DNA of 64,000 nt. It comes from Nitrospinota bacterium. GTDB taxonomy: Bacteria > JADFOP01. The position numbers were made by a program, and so were the translations under genes. Within the stretch, counting starts at the first letter, position 1; each line of letters begins with the position of its first letter. Positions 38,556-47,871 of the stretch are shown one piece after another. The stretch covers positions 1 to 64,000 of the forward strand of contig JADFOP010000006.1 of the NCBI GenBank assembly GCA_022562795.1, read 5' to 3'. The notes below the pieces were generated by a model, which saw nothing but the letters and a program-made list of their open reading frames with translations, searched no databases and was not told the DNA's origin.

Positions 38556-39215
38556 TTATTCAGCGAAACCGTGCTGGACTAGAAAATCCTTCGTGATGCC
38601 AGTAGAGCCCGAGACCTCATCACTGAAACGCTCGGCGACGAAGCGCTCGACGTACTTACCAATGATGTCTGCTTCTATGTTGACGGCCTTCCCCACCTTG
38701 GCCGCTCCGAGAGTTGTGACCTCCTCAGTATGGGGGATGAGGGCCACGCTGAAACTGCTCTCTGTATGGGCCGCTACCGTGAGGCTAACGCCGTCCACAG
38801 CCACCGAGCCCTTAGGCACGATGTAGCGCATCACCTCTTGCGGGGCCTCAATGGTCACCCAGAGGGAGTTGGCCTCGGGCCGGATATCAGAGATCACCCC
38901 TACGCCGTCGATGTGGGCGGTCACGAGGTGGCCCCCAAGGCGGGCCCCAAGGCGCATGGGCAGCTCCAGATTGCACCTGCCGCCGACCTTCTTGTAGCCC
39001 AAGGTGGTGCGGCGAAGCGTCTCGGCGGAGAGGTCGAGCGCGACGTTGGTCTCGCTAACCTCCACCGCCGTCAGGCAGACTCCATCGACGGCCAGGCTTT
39101 GGCCGACTTCCAGCTCCTTCGCCAAAACCCCAGTGCTTACGACAAACCGCACGCCGTCATCGCGGCGAGTAATCGCCTCGATGGCGCCCTGCTCTTCAAT
39201 CAGCCCGGTGAACAT
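38556..39215 (-). CDS. ribE: Riboflavin synthase (alpha chain)
   Basis: MFTGLIEE, DGVCLT, GGHLVTAHIDG, KGSVAVDGVSLT. Confidence 0.96.
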   Translation of the reverse strand: MFTGLIEEQGAIEAITRRDDGVRFVVSTGVLAKELEVGQSLAVDGVCLTAVEVSETNVALDLSAETLRRTTLGYKKVGGRCNLELPMRLGARLGGHLVTAHIDGVGVISDIRPEANSLWVTIEAPQEVMRYIVPKGSVAVDGVSLTVAAHTESSFSVALIPHTEEVTTLGAAKVGKAVNIEADIIGKYVERFVAERFSDEVSGSTGITKDFLVQHGFAE

Positions 39216-39227
39216 CGTCCTCCTCGC

Positions 39228-40340
39228 TCAGCGCCGCTTCACCACCGATGCCTCGACGTGGAGGTCGCCCTCCACCTCCTCAATGCGCAGGTCCTTTAGG
39301 CGCCAGGCCTCTTTTATGGATCCCGCCCCGAGGCCGTCCAGGAGTGTCGGGGCTTCCCGCCCTCCAATTAGCATCGGTGCGATAACGACGTGCAATCGGT
39401 CTACTAGGCCCGCCTCTAACATCGAGGCGTTTAGCTGGCCCCCGCCCTCGAGCAGGAGGTTTAAGACCTCTCTTTCGGCGAGCTTCTCCATGAGGGCAGG
39501 CATGTCGACGCGCCCATCCCGCTCGGGCAGGACGAGGACTTCGCGGCCCAAGGCCTCGACGGCTTCCCTGCGCTCCATGGGCGCCTTGGCTGTGGTTGCC
39601 ACAAGGGTCTTCACCTCCGGCCGCTCGGTCAATAGGCGGCTGGTCGGAGGGATTCGCAAAGCGCTGTCCACCACAACTCTGAGTGGATTGCGCACATCGC
39701 CCTCGAGAAGCCGGACGGTCAGCTCGGGGTCGTCCCGGACCACAGTTTCCGCTCCCACCATGACGGCGTCGACTTCGTTTCGTAGCGCGTGGGTCCGCCG
39801 ACGGGAAGCCTCGGTGGAAATCCAACGGCTATCTCCCCGGTAGGTCGCAATCTTGCCGTCGAGGCTCACGGCCGCCTTCAGAATAACGAAGGGCCGCCGC
39901 TCCGTCATCCAAGTGACGTACGCCTCGTTGAGGCGACGACACTCCTCCTCAAGGATGCCCGCCTCCACGGGAACCCCTGCGTCCACCAAGCTTCTTACGC
40001 CCCGGCCCGCAACCTGGGGGTTGACATCGCGCGTTCCGATAATCACCCGAGCGACCCCCGCCTCCAAGATGGCGTCTACACACGGAGGGGTACGGCCGTA
40101 CTGGACGCAGGGCTCCAGCGTCACGTAAAGGGTCGCCCCGGCCGCATCCGACCCCGCGGCACTGAGCGCATTCGCCTCGGCATGGGGCTCGCCGGCCCGC
40201 GCGTGAAAGCCCTCGCCCACGATCCGGCCTTCCTTGAGGAGAAGGGCCCCCACCATGGGGTTGGGGCTCGTTCGCCCCCGCCCTCTCTGGGCCAGCTCAA
40301 GGGCCCGGCGCATCCACTTTTCGTGTTCCTCGCGCATCAT
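39228..40340 (-). CDS. ribD: Bifunctional pyrimidine deaminase/reductase RibD
   Basis: PNPMVGA, HAE, TLEPC...PPC, KAAVSLDGKIA, EGGG. Start at ATG 40340/40337, just after the riboswitch terminator. Confidence 0.96.
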   Translation of the reverse strand: MMREEHEKWMRRALELAQRGRGRTSPNPMVGALLLKEGRIVGEGFHARAGEPHAEANALSAAGSDAAGATLYVTLEPCVQYGRTPPCVDAILEAGVARVIIGTRDVNPQVAGRGVRSLVDAGVPVEAGILEEECRRLNEAYVTWMTERRPFVILKAAVSLDGKIATYRGDSRWISTEASRRRTHALRNEVDAVMVGAETVVRDDPELTVRLLEGDVRNPLRVVVDSALRIPPTSRLLTERPEVKTLVATTAKAPMERREAVEALGREVLVLPERDGRVDMPALMEKLAEREVLNLLLEGGGQLNASMLEAGLVDRLHVVIAPMLIGGREAPTLLDGLGAGSIKEAWRLKDLRIEEVEGDLHVEASVVKRR

Positions 40341-40372
40341 AAAAAATCCCCGACGCCGCTGGGGCGTTGGGG
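40341..40372 (-). terminator. Intrinsic terminator of the FMN riboswitch expression platform
   Basis: Minus strand CCCCAACGCC-CCAGC-GGCGTCGGGG-A-TTTTTT directly before the ribD ATG (one A-C mismatch in the stem). Confidence 0.75.
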
Positions 40373-40435
40373 TGGCAGACAACACAACGCACACCGGTCA
40401 GCAGCGTCTCCCTCTGGACCGGCTCCGGTCACCTG

Positions 40436-40560
40436 CCACCTTCTCCCATCCCGACTCTCACGGTCGGCTCCGGAATTCCACCGGATCAACCCCGCTGGGA
40501 GTTAGCGGGGGTCGCGGGCTCTTGCCGCCGGTAGGGAATTTCGCCCTGCCCCGAAGGTGG
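40436..40560 (-). ncRNA. FMN riboswitch (RFN element)
   Basis: Minus strand CCACCTTC-GGGGCAGGGCGAAATTCCCTACCGGCGG...AGCCCGCGA...TTGATCCGGTGGAATTCCGGAGCCGACCGT-GAGAGTCGGGATGGGA-GAAGGTGG: canonical RFN motifs with an 8-bp P1, upstream of ribD. Confidence 0.96.
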
Positions 40561-40595
40561 TGTCTTATCCCTATGTTTACTACTTCTCTAGAATC

Positions 40596-40625
40596 AATAT
40601 ATCCTGATATCTATTGTTTTGTCAA
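40596..40625 (-). promoter_or_regulatory. Putative sigma70 promoter of the rib operon
   Basis: Minus strand TTGACA-18 nt-TATATT, about 35 nt before the riboswitch. Confidence 0.6.
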
Positions 40626-40663
40626 GGGAGTTGCTTTGGCTAAGGACCTGAAAACAGTGGAAC

Positions 40664-41128
40664 TTATCTGCCTTCGGCCTCACGACGGTCAATCTCAAGC
40701 GCCTTGGCGATCACCTCGACGGCGCCCTCTGTCATCTCAAGCCCCTCGAGCTGCTCGATCTCGAACCAGCGGGCCTCATCCACATCCGAGGCCCCAAGCG
40801 GCTCGTCCGGAAGCGCCGTGCAGAGGTAATCGACCAGAATGTAGTGGTAGCGAACCCGCTCGGCGTCGTCGTAGATGACGCGGTCCACCACCTCGACAAG
40901 AGGACCCACCTCCACAGTAAGGCCCGTCTCCTCGCGGATCTCCCTTTGGAGAGCTTCGCCAAGGGACTCGCCCACCTCCACAAGGCCCCCCGGGAAGCTC
41001 CAGCGCCCTTGAGCGGGCTCGCGGCCACGCTTCACCAGGAGAACCCGGCGTCGGCCCTGGTCGAAAATAATGGCCCCGACGCCAACCATGGGGTGTGCGG
41101 GATATTCGCGGCTCAATATATTTCCCAA
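40664..41128 (-). CDS. NUDIX hydrolase
   Basis: Nudix box GGLVEVGESLGEALQREIREETGL. Confidence 0.9.
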   Translation of the reverse strand: MGNILSREYPAHPMVGVGAIIFDQGRRRVLLVKRGREPAQGRWSFPGGLVEVGESLGEALQREIREETGLTVEVGPLVEVVDRVIYDDAERVRYHYILVDYLCTALPDEPLGASDVDEARWFEIEQLEGLEMTEGAVEVIAKALEIDRREAEGR

Positions 41129-41207
41129 GAAACGCCGAAAGCCGCCCCGTTAGAGGGCGGTGGCACGGCTCATGGATGAATGGCGTGCTTCTTCTCGTCC
41201 GAGGCGC

Positions 41208-43871
41208 TCAGCGGGAAGCCTTGATGGCCGCCTGGGCGGCCGCCAGGCGGGCGACGGGAATACGGTATGGGGAGCAAGAGACATAATTTAGCCCCACCTT
41301 ATGGCAAAACTCAATGCTGGCAGGCTCGCCACCATGCTCTCCGCAGATGCCTATCTTGAGGTCCGGCCGGGCCGAGCGACCCCGCCTGACCCCAATCTCT
41401 ATCATCTCTCCGACCCCTTCGACATCAATGGTCGAAAACGGGTCGGCCTCGAGGATGCCCTGCTCCACGTAGAAGGGGAGGAACTTCCCGATGTCGTCCC
41501 GGCTGTAGCCGAACATCATCTGGGTCATGTCATTGGTGCCGAAAGAGAAAAAATCGGCGTACTCGGCGATTTTGTCGGCGATCAACGAGGCCCGTGGAAT
41601 CTCAATCATAGTACCTACCGTGTAACGGATGCGCGTCTTGGCCTTCTTGAGCACCTCCTCGGCAACGCGCACGGTGTTTTCCCTCATGATGGCCATCTCG
41701 CCCAAAGTCCCGGTGAGAGGTATCATAATTTCCGGCCGGACCCGGCGCCCCTTTTTCTTGAGCTTCAGAGCCGCCTCCATGATTGCCCGGACCTGCATGT
41801 CATAGATGGCGGGGAATGTGATACCGAGGCGACAGCCCCGATGGCCCAGCATGGGGTTGAACTCGTGATGAGACTCCACCGCGTGAAGGTAATTTTCCAG
41901 CTGCTCTATTCGCTTTTTACGAATAGCTTTACGTGACTTTTCTTTATAAAGCTCTTCAAGTAAATCCTCCCGGCGGGGCAAAAACTCGTGGAGGGGAGGG
42001 TCGAGGAGGCGTATGACCACAGGGCGGCCTTTCATTACGGTGAAAATGCCCTCGAAGTCCTTGCGCTGCATGGGCAAAAGCTTTTTCAGAATAGCGGCCC
42101 GCTCTTGGCCATTCTCCGCCAAAATCATCTGGCGCACCAGGGGCAAACGCTCGTCAGTGAAGAACATGTGCTCGGTGCGGGCGAGGCCGATGCCTTGGGC
42201 GCCGAAACGCAGGGCCGTCCCGGCATCCTTCGGGGTGTCGGCGTTGGCCCACACCTCCAGATGGCGGACCTTGTCGGCCCACTTCATGAACGTCTCAAAA
42301 TCTCTGCTCAAGGTGGGCTCAATGAGAGGAACCTTGCCGAGGATAATGTCCCCGGTGGCGCCGTTAATGGAGATCCAATCGCCCTCCTTTACCTCATAGC
42401 CGTTGACCCGCATCCGGCCCTTTTTCTCGTCCACTTTGAGAGCGCTGCAGCCCACGACGACGCACTTGCCCATGCTCCGGCCGACCACGGCCGCGTGGCT
42501 TGTCAGTCCGCCGGTTGCCGTCAGAATGCCCTGGGAGGCGGCCATGCCCCCCACATCCTCGGGCGAGGTCTCGTTCCGGACCAGAATGACTTTTTTCCCA
42601 TGGGCCCCCCACGCTCCGGCCTTACGGGAGCTAAAGGCGACCTGCCCGACGGCCGCCCCTGAGGAGCCGGGCAGACCACGGGCAACCGGTGTATAGGTGG
42701 CCTCTGGGTCGAACATAGGATGCAGCAGCTGGTCGAGCTGCTGAGGGTCGATGCGCATCAAGGCCTCTCGCTCGTCGATTAAGCCTTCTTTGACCATGTC
42801 CACGGCAATCTTGATGGCGGCTTGGGCCGTGCGCTTTCCCGTCCGGGTCTGGAGCAGATGGAGCTCGCCCTCCTGGATGGTGAACTCGATATCCTGCATA
42901 TCTTTATAGTGGCGCTCCAGGCGGCCGTGAATATCCTCCAGTTGGTTGTACACTTTGGGCATCTGGCGTTTCAATTTGCTAATAGGCAGGGGGGTTCGAA
43001 TCCCGGCGACGACATCCTCGCCCTGGGAGTTGATAAGATACTCCCCGTAGAAGCGATTTGCCCCCGTGGCCGGGTCTCTCGTGAACGCCACACCGGAGCC
43101 GGAGGTCTTTCCCAGGTTTCCAAAGACCATGGCTTGAACGTTGACGCCGGTCCCCCATTCTTCAGGAATATTGTTAAGGCGCCGATATGTGACGGCTCGG
43201 GGATTATCCCAAGACTCGAAGACGGCATTGATGGCCATCTTTAACTGCTCTAAGGGATTTTTGGGGAAAGTCTTGTTATTAAAGCTTTTGACCAAGGCCT
43301 CATAGCTGAAGGAAACCTCCTTGAGGTCCTCGGCCGTAAGCTCCGTATCAAGGGTGACGCCCCTCTCCTGCTTCTTGGCAGAGATTATGTCCTCGAAATG
43401 GTGGTGGGCGATATCCATCACCACCACGGCGAACATATTAATGAGGCGGCGGAAGCTATCGTAGGCGAAGCGGGGATTGGCGCTCCGTCGGGCTAAGCCG
43501 TCCACCGTGGCGTTATTGAGCCCGATGTTGAGCACCGTATCCATCATTCCGGGCATCGAGACCCGGGCGCCAGAGCGCACAGACAGCAGCAAGGGGTTAT
43601 CGGGATCGCCGAATCGTTGCTTCGTGACGCGCTCCAGCCGGGCTAAGGCCTTTTCAACCTGATCCCACATCCCGCCAGGGGCCTTCTTATGGCGATGGTA
43701 GTGGACACACGCCTCGGTGGTTATGGTATACCCAGGGGGGACGGGAATGCCCAGATTGGCCATCTCGGCCAAATTGGCCCCCTTCCCCCCCAGGAGATTT
43801 TTCATCCCTGCATTTCCTTCGGTTTTGCCCGCCCCGAAGAAATAGATATACTTTGCTTGGCCCATCAACAT
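41208..43871 (-). CDS. ppdK: Pyruvate, phosphate dikinase
   Basis: LGGKGANLAEM, SVRSGARVSMPGMMDT, TSHAAVV (phospho-His), GLARTEHMF, FSFGTND, GICGEHGG. Confidence 0.97.
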   Translation of the reverse strand: MLMGQAKYIYFFGAGKTEGNAGMKNLLGGKGANLAEMANLGIPVPPGYTITTEACVHYHRHKKAPGGMWDQVEKALARLERVTKQRFGDPDNPLLLSVRSGARVSMPGMMDTVLNIGLNNATVDGLARRSANPRFAYDSFRRLINMFAVVVMDIAHHHFEDIISAKKQERGVTLDTELTAEDLKEVSFSYEALVKSFNNKTFPKNPLEQLKMAINAVFESWDNPRAVTYRRLNNIPEEWGTGVNVQAMVFGNLGKTSGSGVAFTRDPATGANRFYGEYLINSQGEDVVAGIRTPLPISKLKRQMPKVYNQLEDIHGRLERHYKDMQDIEFTIQEGELHLLQTRTGKRTAQAAIKIAVDMVKEGLIDEREALMRIDPQQLDQLLHPMFDPEATYTPVARGLPGSSGAAVGQVAFSSRKAGAWGAHGKKVILVRNETSPEDVGGMAASQGILTATGGLTSHAAVVGRSMGKCVVVGCSALKVDEKKGRMRVNGYEVKEGDWISINGATGDIILGKVPLIEPTLSRDFETFMKWADKVRHLEVWANADTPKDAGTALRFGAQGIGLARTEHMFFTDERLPLVRQMILAENGQERAAILKKLLPMQRKDFEGIFTVMKGRPVVIRLLDPPLHEFLPRREDLLEELYKEKSRKAIRKKRIEQLENYLHAVESHHEFNPMLGHRGCRLGITFPAIYDMQVRAIMEAALKLKKKGRRVRPEIMIPLTGTLGEMAIMRENTVRVAEEVLKKAKTRIRYTVGTMIEIPRASLIADKIAEYADFFSFGTNDMTQMMFGYSRDDIGKFLPFYVEQGILEADPFSTIDVEGVGEMIEIGVRRGRSARPDLKIGICGEHGGEPASIEFCHKVGLNYVSCSPYRIPVARLAAAQAAIKASR

Positions 43872-44073
43872 GCTCCCAACGAGCCCTCGAGCAGCTCCTG
43901 ATATCTCCTATCGGTTGTTGAGTAAAGAAGGTTTCGCGCTGTTGAATGCAGTGACCGCTCCCCCGACCGATTCTAATGAGCTAGTGAACCGGGCAATTTT
44001 GATGAACAGCGCAACCGATTGAAATTGCTAGCTCTCACAGCATCCCGCGCTGGGGAAGGGAGGGTCACCACCC

Positions 44074-44565
44074 TCAGCCTTTGGTCACCATTTCTTCTGC
44101 TTCGATCGATAAGTTCCGATAGGAGGTCGAATCGGGGTATACGATCTCGCCACTCCGGAGCTCGGCCCACCTCTGGCCATCTCCGTCAATCCCCGATTTT
44201 CCCACAATCGCGACTTTGCGTTGCCCGCTAACAATCCGGCGAGCGAGTATCACGGACTCGAGCGCCTCGACCTCGCTCATCACCTGGTCCAGTTGTTTAA
44301 GCTCTGTGACCTCAATGGCGAAGTTCATGTGCGCCCGCTCGTCGCCGGTCGTTTTGATAACGCACTCGGAGATGTTGACCTGGCAAGCGGCGATAGCGTC
44401 GGCGACTTCGGCCAAGACCCCCGGTTTGTCCCCCGTCTCGACCAGAATACTCACCGTACGGGGCTCCTTCTTCTCAACACCCTCCCCGGCGTCAAGACTC
44501 CTCTCGGCGTTCCCCTCCATTTCGCCAATTTCAATGACGTCTCCCGCCCGCCAATTTCGACTCAT
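44074..44565 (-). CDS. Stand-alone ACT-domain protein (RelA/SpoT C-terminal type)
   Basis: ILVETGDKPGVLAEVADAIAACQVNI...FAIEVTELKQLDQVMSEVEALESVILARR; GGAGG SD. Confidence 0.75.
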   Translation of the reverse strand: MSRNWRAGDVIEIGEMEGNAERSLDAGEGVEKKEPRTVSILVETGDKPGVLAEVADAIAACQVNISECVIKTTGDERAHMNFAIEVTELKQLDQVMSEVEALESVILARRIVSGQRKVAIVGKSGIDGDGQRWAELRSGEIVYPDSTSYRNLSIEAEEMVTKG

Positions 44566-44642
44566 GGTAATTCCTCCAAAACCCTTCCCGCTACCAGTGC
44601 GAACGCGGGAATCTCAGCACACTTTTTTCTATCTATTCCTAC

Positions 44643-44658
44643 TGCAAATATGGAGCCA
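44643..44658 (-). promoter_or_regulatory. Putative sigma54 (-24/-12) promoter
   Basis: Minus strand TGGCTC-CATAT-TTGCA (GG-N10-GC; consensus TGGCAC-N5-TTGCW), about 78 nt upstream of the ACT gene. Confidence 0.55.
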
Positions 44659-44797
44659 TTGAAAGCGAAACGCAAAGAAATTTCCCACTCCACTTGGAAG
44701 GCTGAGAACCTCCCTGGCGTTCCCGCCAGCGCAGCCGTCTGAAAAATCCTCTTCTTTTATTCGAATTGTCGCCATGGGGAAGGGACGAGCCAGCGGC

Positions 44798-45556
44798 TCA
44801 GGCCGCCACTACGGGGTTTCTGAGCGTACCGACTCCCTCGACAGTCACGGCCACCTCGTCCCCCGCTTGAAGGGGGCCTATCCCGCTTGGGGTGCCCGTG
44901 GCGATGACATCGCCCGGCAGGAGGCTCATGACGTGCGATATGAAGCTCACCAAATCCTCGGCGGCACGGATGAAATCCTTAGTATTCGAGTCTTGACGCA
45001 CCTCCCCGTTGACCTCGGTTCGGATGGCCAGGCTGTTTATGTCAAGACCCGACGCGACGCCCGGCCCAAGAGGGCAGAAAGTATCAAATCCTTTGGCCCT
45101 GGTCCACTGACCGTCTTTGGACTGAAGGTCCCGGGCCGTAACGTCGTTGATGCAGGTCACACCAAGGAGGTAGTCTGCCACCTCCTCTGGCGCCACTGCG
45201 TGCATGGGACGCCCTACGACGATCGCCACCTCCCCTTCGTAGTCCACCCGACCCACCCCTTCTGGGAGATGGATGGCCTCTCCCGGACCTATAACTGTCG
45301 TGGAGGGTTTCAGGCTGATGAGAGGCTCCTCGGGTGTCTCCCATCCGAGCTCCTCTATGTGAGCCCGGTACATCAGGCCCACAACAACAACCTTCGACGG
45401 TTTGGTGGGCGCCAGCAGCGTTACCTCTTCGAGGGGCAATGTCCGGCCGGTCTCAGCATAATGCCCAAGGTAGGAGCCGTAAATCTCGGTAATGACTCCA
45501 TCGCGCAAGATTCCCATCCGCTCGTGAGCGCCGCGGCGATACCGGACGAACAGCAT
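44798..45556 (-). CDS. Fumarylacetoacetate hydrolase family protein
   Basis: VDYEGEVA, NDVTARDLQ, WTRAKGFDTFCPLGP, PGDVIATGTPSG. Start moved to ATG 45556 (GGAG SD). Confidence 0.9.
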   Translation of the reverse strand: MLFVRYRRGAHERMGILRDGVITEIYGSYLGHYAETGRTLPLEEVTLLAPTKPSKVVVVGLMYRAHIEELGWETPEEPLISLKPSTTVIGPGEAIHLPEGVGRVDYEGEVAIVVGRPMHAVAPEEVADYLLGVTCINDVTARDLQSKDGQWTRAKGFDTFCPLGPGVASGLDINSLAIRTEVNGEVRQDSNTKDFIRAAEDLVSFISHVMSLLPGDVIATGTPSGIGPLQAGDEVAVTVEGVGTLRNPVVAA

Positions 45557-45738
45557 CAATTTCTCCAATCATACGGCTCTCTCTGCAATGAGAACCACAA
45601 CGAAAGATATCGCAAAGCCAGGACCACCTGCTAAGGGGAGGAGGGATGCGGCGATGGGCGGCGCAATGAAAAGCGGCGGGCCGGGGCCCTATGCCAGGCG
45701 CGGCGCATTTGGGCCCGTGGCTCTTTTAAGGAGACGAC

Positions 45739-47817
45739 TCAAGCTGCCTTAAGCTTGCTGAAATCCGCCAGCCGGGAGAAGAGCTCCGCCACCTGGCCGA
45801 GCAGGGCTATTCGGTTCGCCCGCACCGCCTTATCCTTATCCATGACCAAAACCTCGTCAAAAAAGCGGTCTATGACGGGCCGTAGCTTTGCGAGCTGGGC
45901 GAGCGCTTCCTTGTACCGGCCTTTCGCTTCAGCTTTTGTCACCGCCGCGGCCACCTGCCGGGTCATTTGGTAGAGCCGCTTCTCCGCAGGCTCTTTTAAG
46001 CGCCTCGGGGCGAGCGAGCCGGGCTTTTGGGAGGTCGCGAGAATGTTTATGACCCGCTTGAAGGCTGTGGTTATGGCCTTGAAGTCCTTCTGCTTGCGCC
46101 ATGCCGAGAGAGCCTCCACCCTCCTCGCCGAATCCACCACATCGTCGAACCCAAGGGCGAGCACGGCGTCGACGGTGTCGGGCTGGAAATTACGCTGCTG
46201 GGTCATAAGGAAGGCGAAGCGTCCCCTTAGGAAGTCCAGGACATCCTGGGAAACCTTCTGGGACGGCAGCTCTACTTTCTTGCCAAGCTGTCCAATGGCC
46301 TTCTTGATAAGTTCCTGGAGGGAGATGCGAAATCCCCTGTCCAGGAGAATGGTGACGATGCCCGCCCCTTGGCGGCGAAGGGCGTATGGGTCGCCGGCGC
46401 TGGTGGGTGTCACGCCGATGCCGAAGTTTCCGCAGATTGTGTCGATCTTGTCGGCAACGGAGACGACGGCCCCGCTGAAGGTCTTGGGCAGTTCATCGCC
46501 GACAAATTTCGGCAGGTAATGATCGTAAATGCCTTGATAAACTTCCTTTTTCTCGCCCTGAAGCCGGGCGTACTCCCGGCCCATCAGGCCCTGAAGCTCG
46601 GGAAACTCGTAAATCATGCTTGTTTCAAGGTCGGCCTTTGAGAGCCACGCCACCTGGGAGACGTCTTTAGCCTTCTTTGCGCCGTCGAGCTTTCGGGCCA
46701 ACCATGCGGCGACCTTCTCAAAACGCTCCACTTTCTCGTAGCTAGTTCCGAGCTTCGACTGATAGAGGACGTCTTTTAGGGCCTCTACGAAGTCCCCGAG
46801 GGGTTTCTTCCGGTCCTCGATGTAGAAGAAGTCCGCATCAGCGAGCCGGGCCCTAAGGACGTACTCGTTGCCCCGGGCCACCTCCTTTGGACGCCTGGCC
46901 TTGGTGTTGTTCACCGTGATGAAATAGGGCATGAGCTTGCCTTTGGCGTCAACGACGGCGAAATACCTCTGGTGGCTCCGCATGCAGGTGATAAGCACTT
47001 GGTCGGGAAGCTGGAGAAAACGATCGTCGAAGGAGCCCAAGACGGCCGAGGGCTCTTCGACCAGGAAGGCCACCTCCTCCAGAAGATCCTCGTCGTCGAT
47101 GAGGTGGCCGCCGTGGCGCTTGGCGAGCTGAGTGACCTGGCGGCGGATCATGGCCTTCCGCTCCTCGTGGTCCACGACCACGTGACGGGCCTTGGCGTCT
47201 TTAAGATACTTGGACAAGCTCGTCACCTTGAACTCGCCGGGGGCGAGGAAGCGGTGGCCGCGTGAGCGGTTTCCGCTGGTGACGGCCCCGTAGCTGAAGG
47301 GGATGACCTTGCCGCCCAGGACGGCGACAATCCAGTGTACCGGTCGAGCGAAGCGCACATCGTAGTTGCCCCAACGCATTTGCTTGGCAAAGGGTATGGA
47401 GTCGATGATACGCGGCAGAAGCTCTTGGAGGGCGGGCATCGCCGACTTGCCCTTCGTCTTCCTCCGCACGCAGACGTAATCGCCCCGGTCGGTCTTGACG
47501 ATCTTAAGGTCCTTGACACTGACTTTCTGGCTCCGGGCAAATCCTTGGGCCGCCTTGGTGGGCCGGCCCTTATCGTCATAGGCGATGCGCTTTGCAGGGC
47601 CGATGACCTCTTCGGTGACATCGGCGGTTTTGTCCGCAACCGCCTTAACACAGCAAAAAAGCCTTCGAGGGGTGCCCGTCACTACCATCTCGCCGTGTGC
47701 GATGCCATTGTCCCGAAGCCCCCGTGTGATGGAGCGCCTCAGATAATCGAACGCGGGCTCCATAAAACCGGTCGGAATCTCTTCAGTCCCGATCTCCAAG
47801 ATGAGCTCTTTCGTCAT
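45739..47817 (-). CDS. glyS: Glycine--tRNA ligase beta subunit
   Basis: LEIGTEEIP, TPRRL, FARPVHWI, EFPELQG, DPYALRR, NRIALL. Confidence 0.96.
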   Translation of the reverse strand: MTKELILEIGTEEIPTGFMEPAFDYLRRSITRGLRDNGIAHGEMVVTGTPRRLFCCVKAVADKTADVTEEVIGPAKRIAYDDKGRPTKAAQGFARSQKVSVKDLKIVKTDRGDYVCVRRKTKGKSAMPALQELLPRIIDSIPFAKQMRWGNYDVRFARPVHWIVAVLGGKVIPFSYGAVTSGNRSRGHRFLAPGEFKVTSLSKYLKDAKARHVVVDHEERKAMIRRQVTQLAKRHGGHLIDDEDLLEEVAFLVEEPSAVLGSFDDRFLQLPDQVLITCMRSHQRYFAVVDAKGKLMPYFITVNNTKARRPKEVARGNEYVLRARLADADFFYIEDRKKPLGDFVEALKDVLYQSKLGTSYEKVERFEKVAAWLARKLDGAKKAKDVSQVAWLSKADLETSMIYEFPELQGLMGREYARLQGEKKEVYQGIYDHYLPKFVGDELPKTFSGAVVSVADKIDTICGNFGIGVTPTSAGDPYALRRQGAGIVTILLDRGFRISLQELIKKAIGQLGKKVELPSQKVSQDVLDFLRGRFAFLMTQQRNFQPDTVDAVLALGFDDVVDSARRVEALSAWRKQKDFKAITTAFKRVINILATSQKPGSLAPRRLKEPAEKRLYQMTRQVAAAVTKAEAKGRYKEALAQLAKLRPVIDRFFDEVLVMDKDKAVRANRIALLGQVAELFSRLADFSKLKAA

Positions 47818-47871
47818 ATTTCTCGTCCCCCCTCCACCAATCAGACCGTTCTATAGCAGGTCTGCCTTCGG

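Noticed and set aside
43872-44073. Possible structured leader upstream of ppdK (ATCGGTT/AACCGAT and GCGCTGTT/AACAGCGC complementarity)
   Set aside because: Only short, distant complementary stretches with no recognisable riboswitch motif; too weak without computation.
45590-45640. c-di-GMP-I (GEMM) riboswitch-like words (GAAA...CGCAAAGCC...CTAA)
   Set aside because: The stem around GAAA does not pair, and the orientation is antisense to the neighbouring genes.
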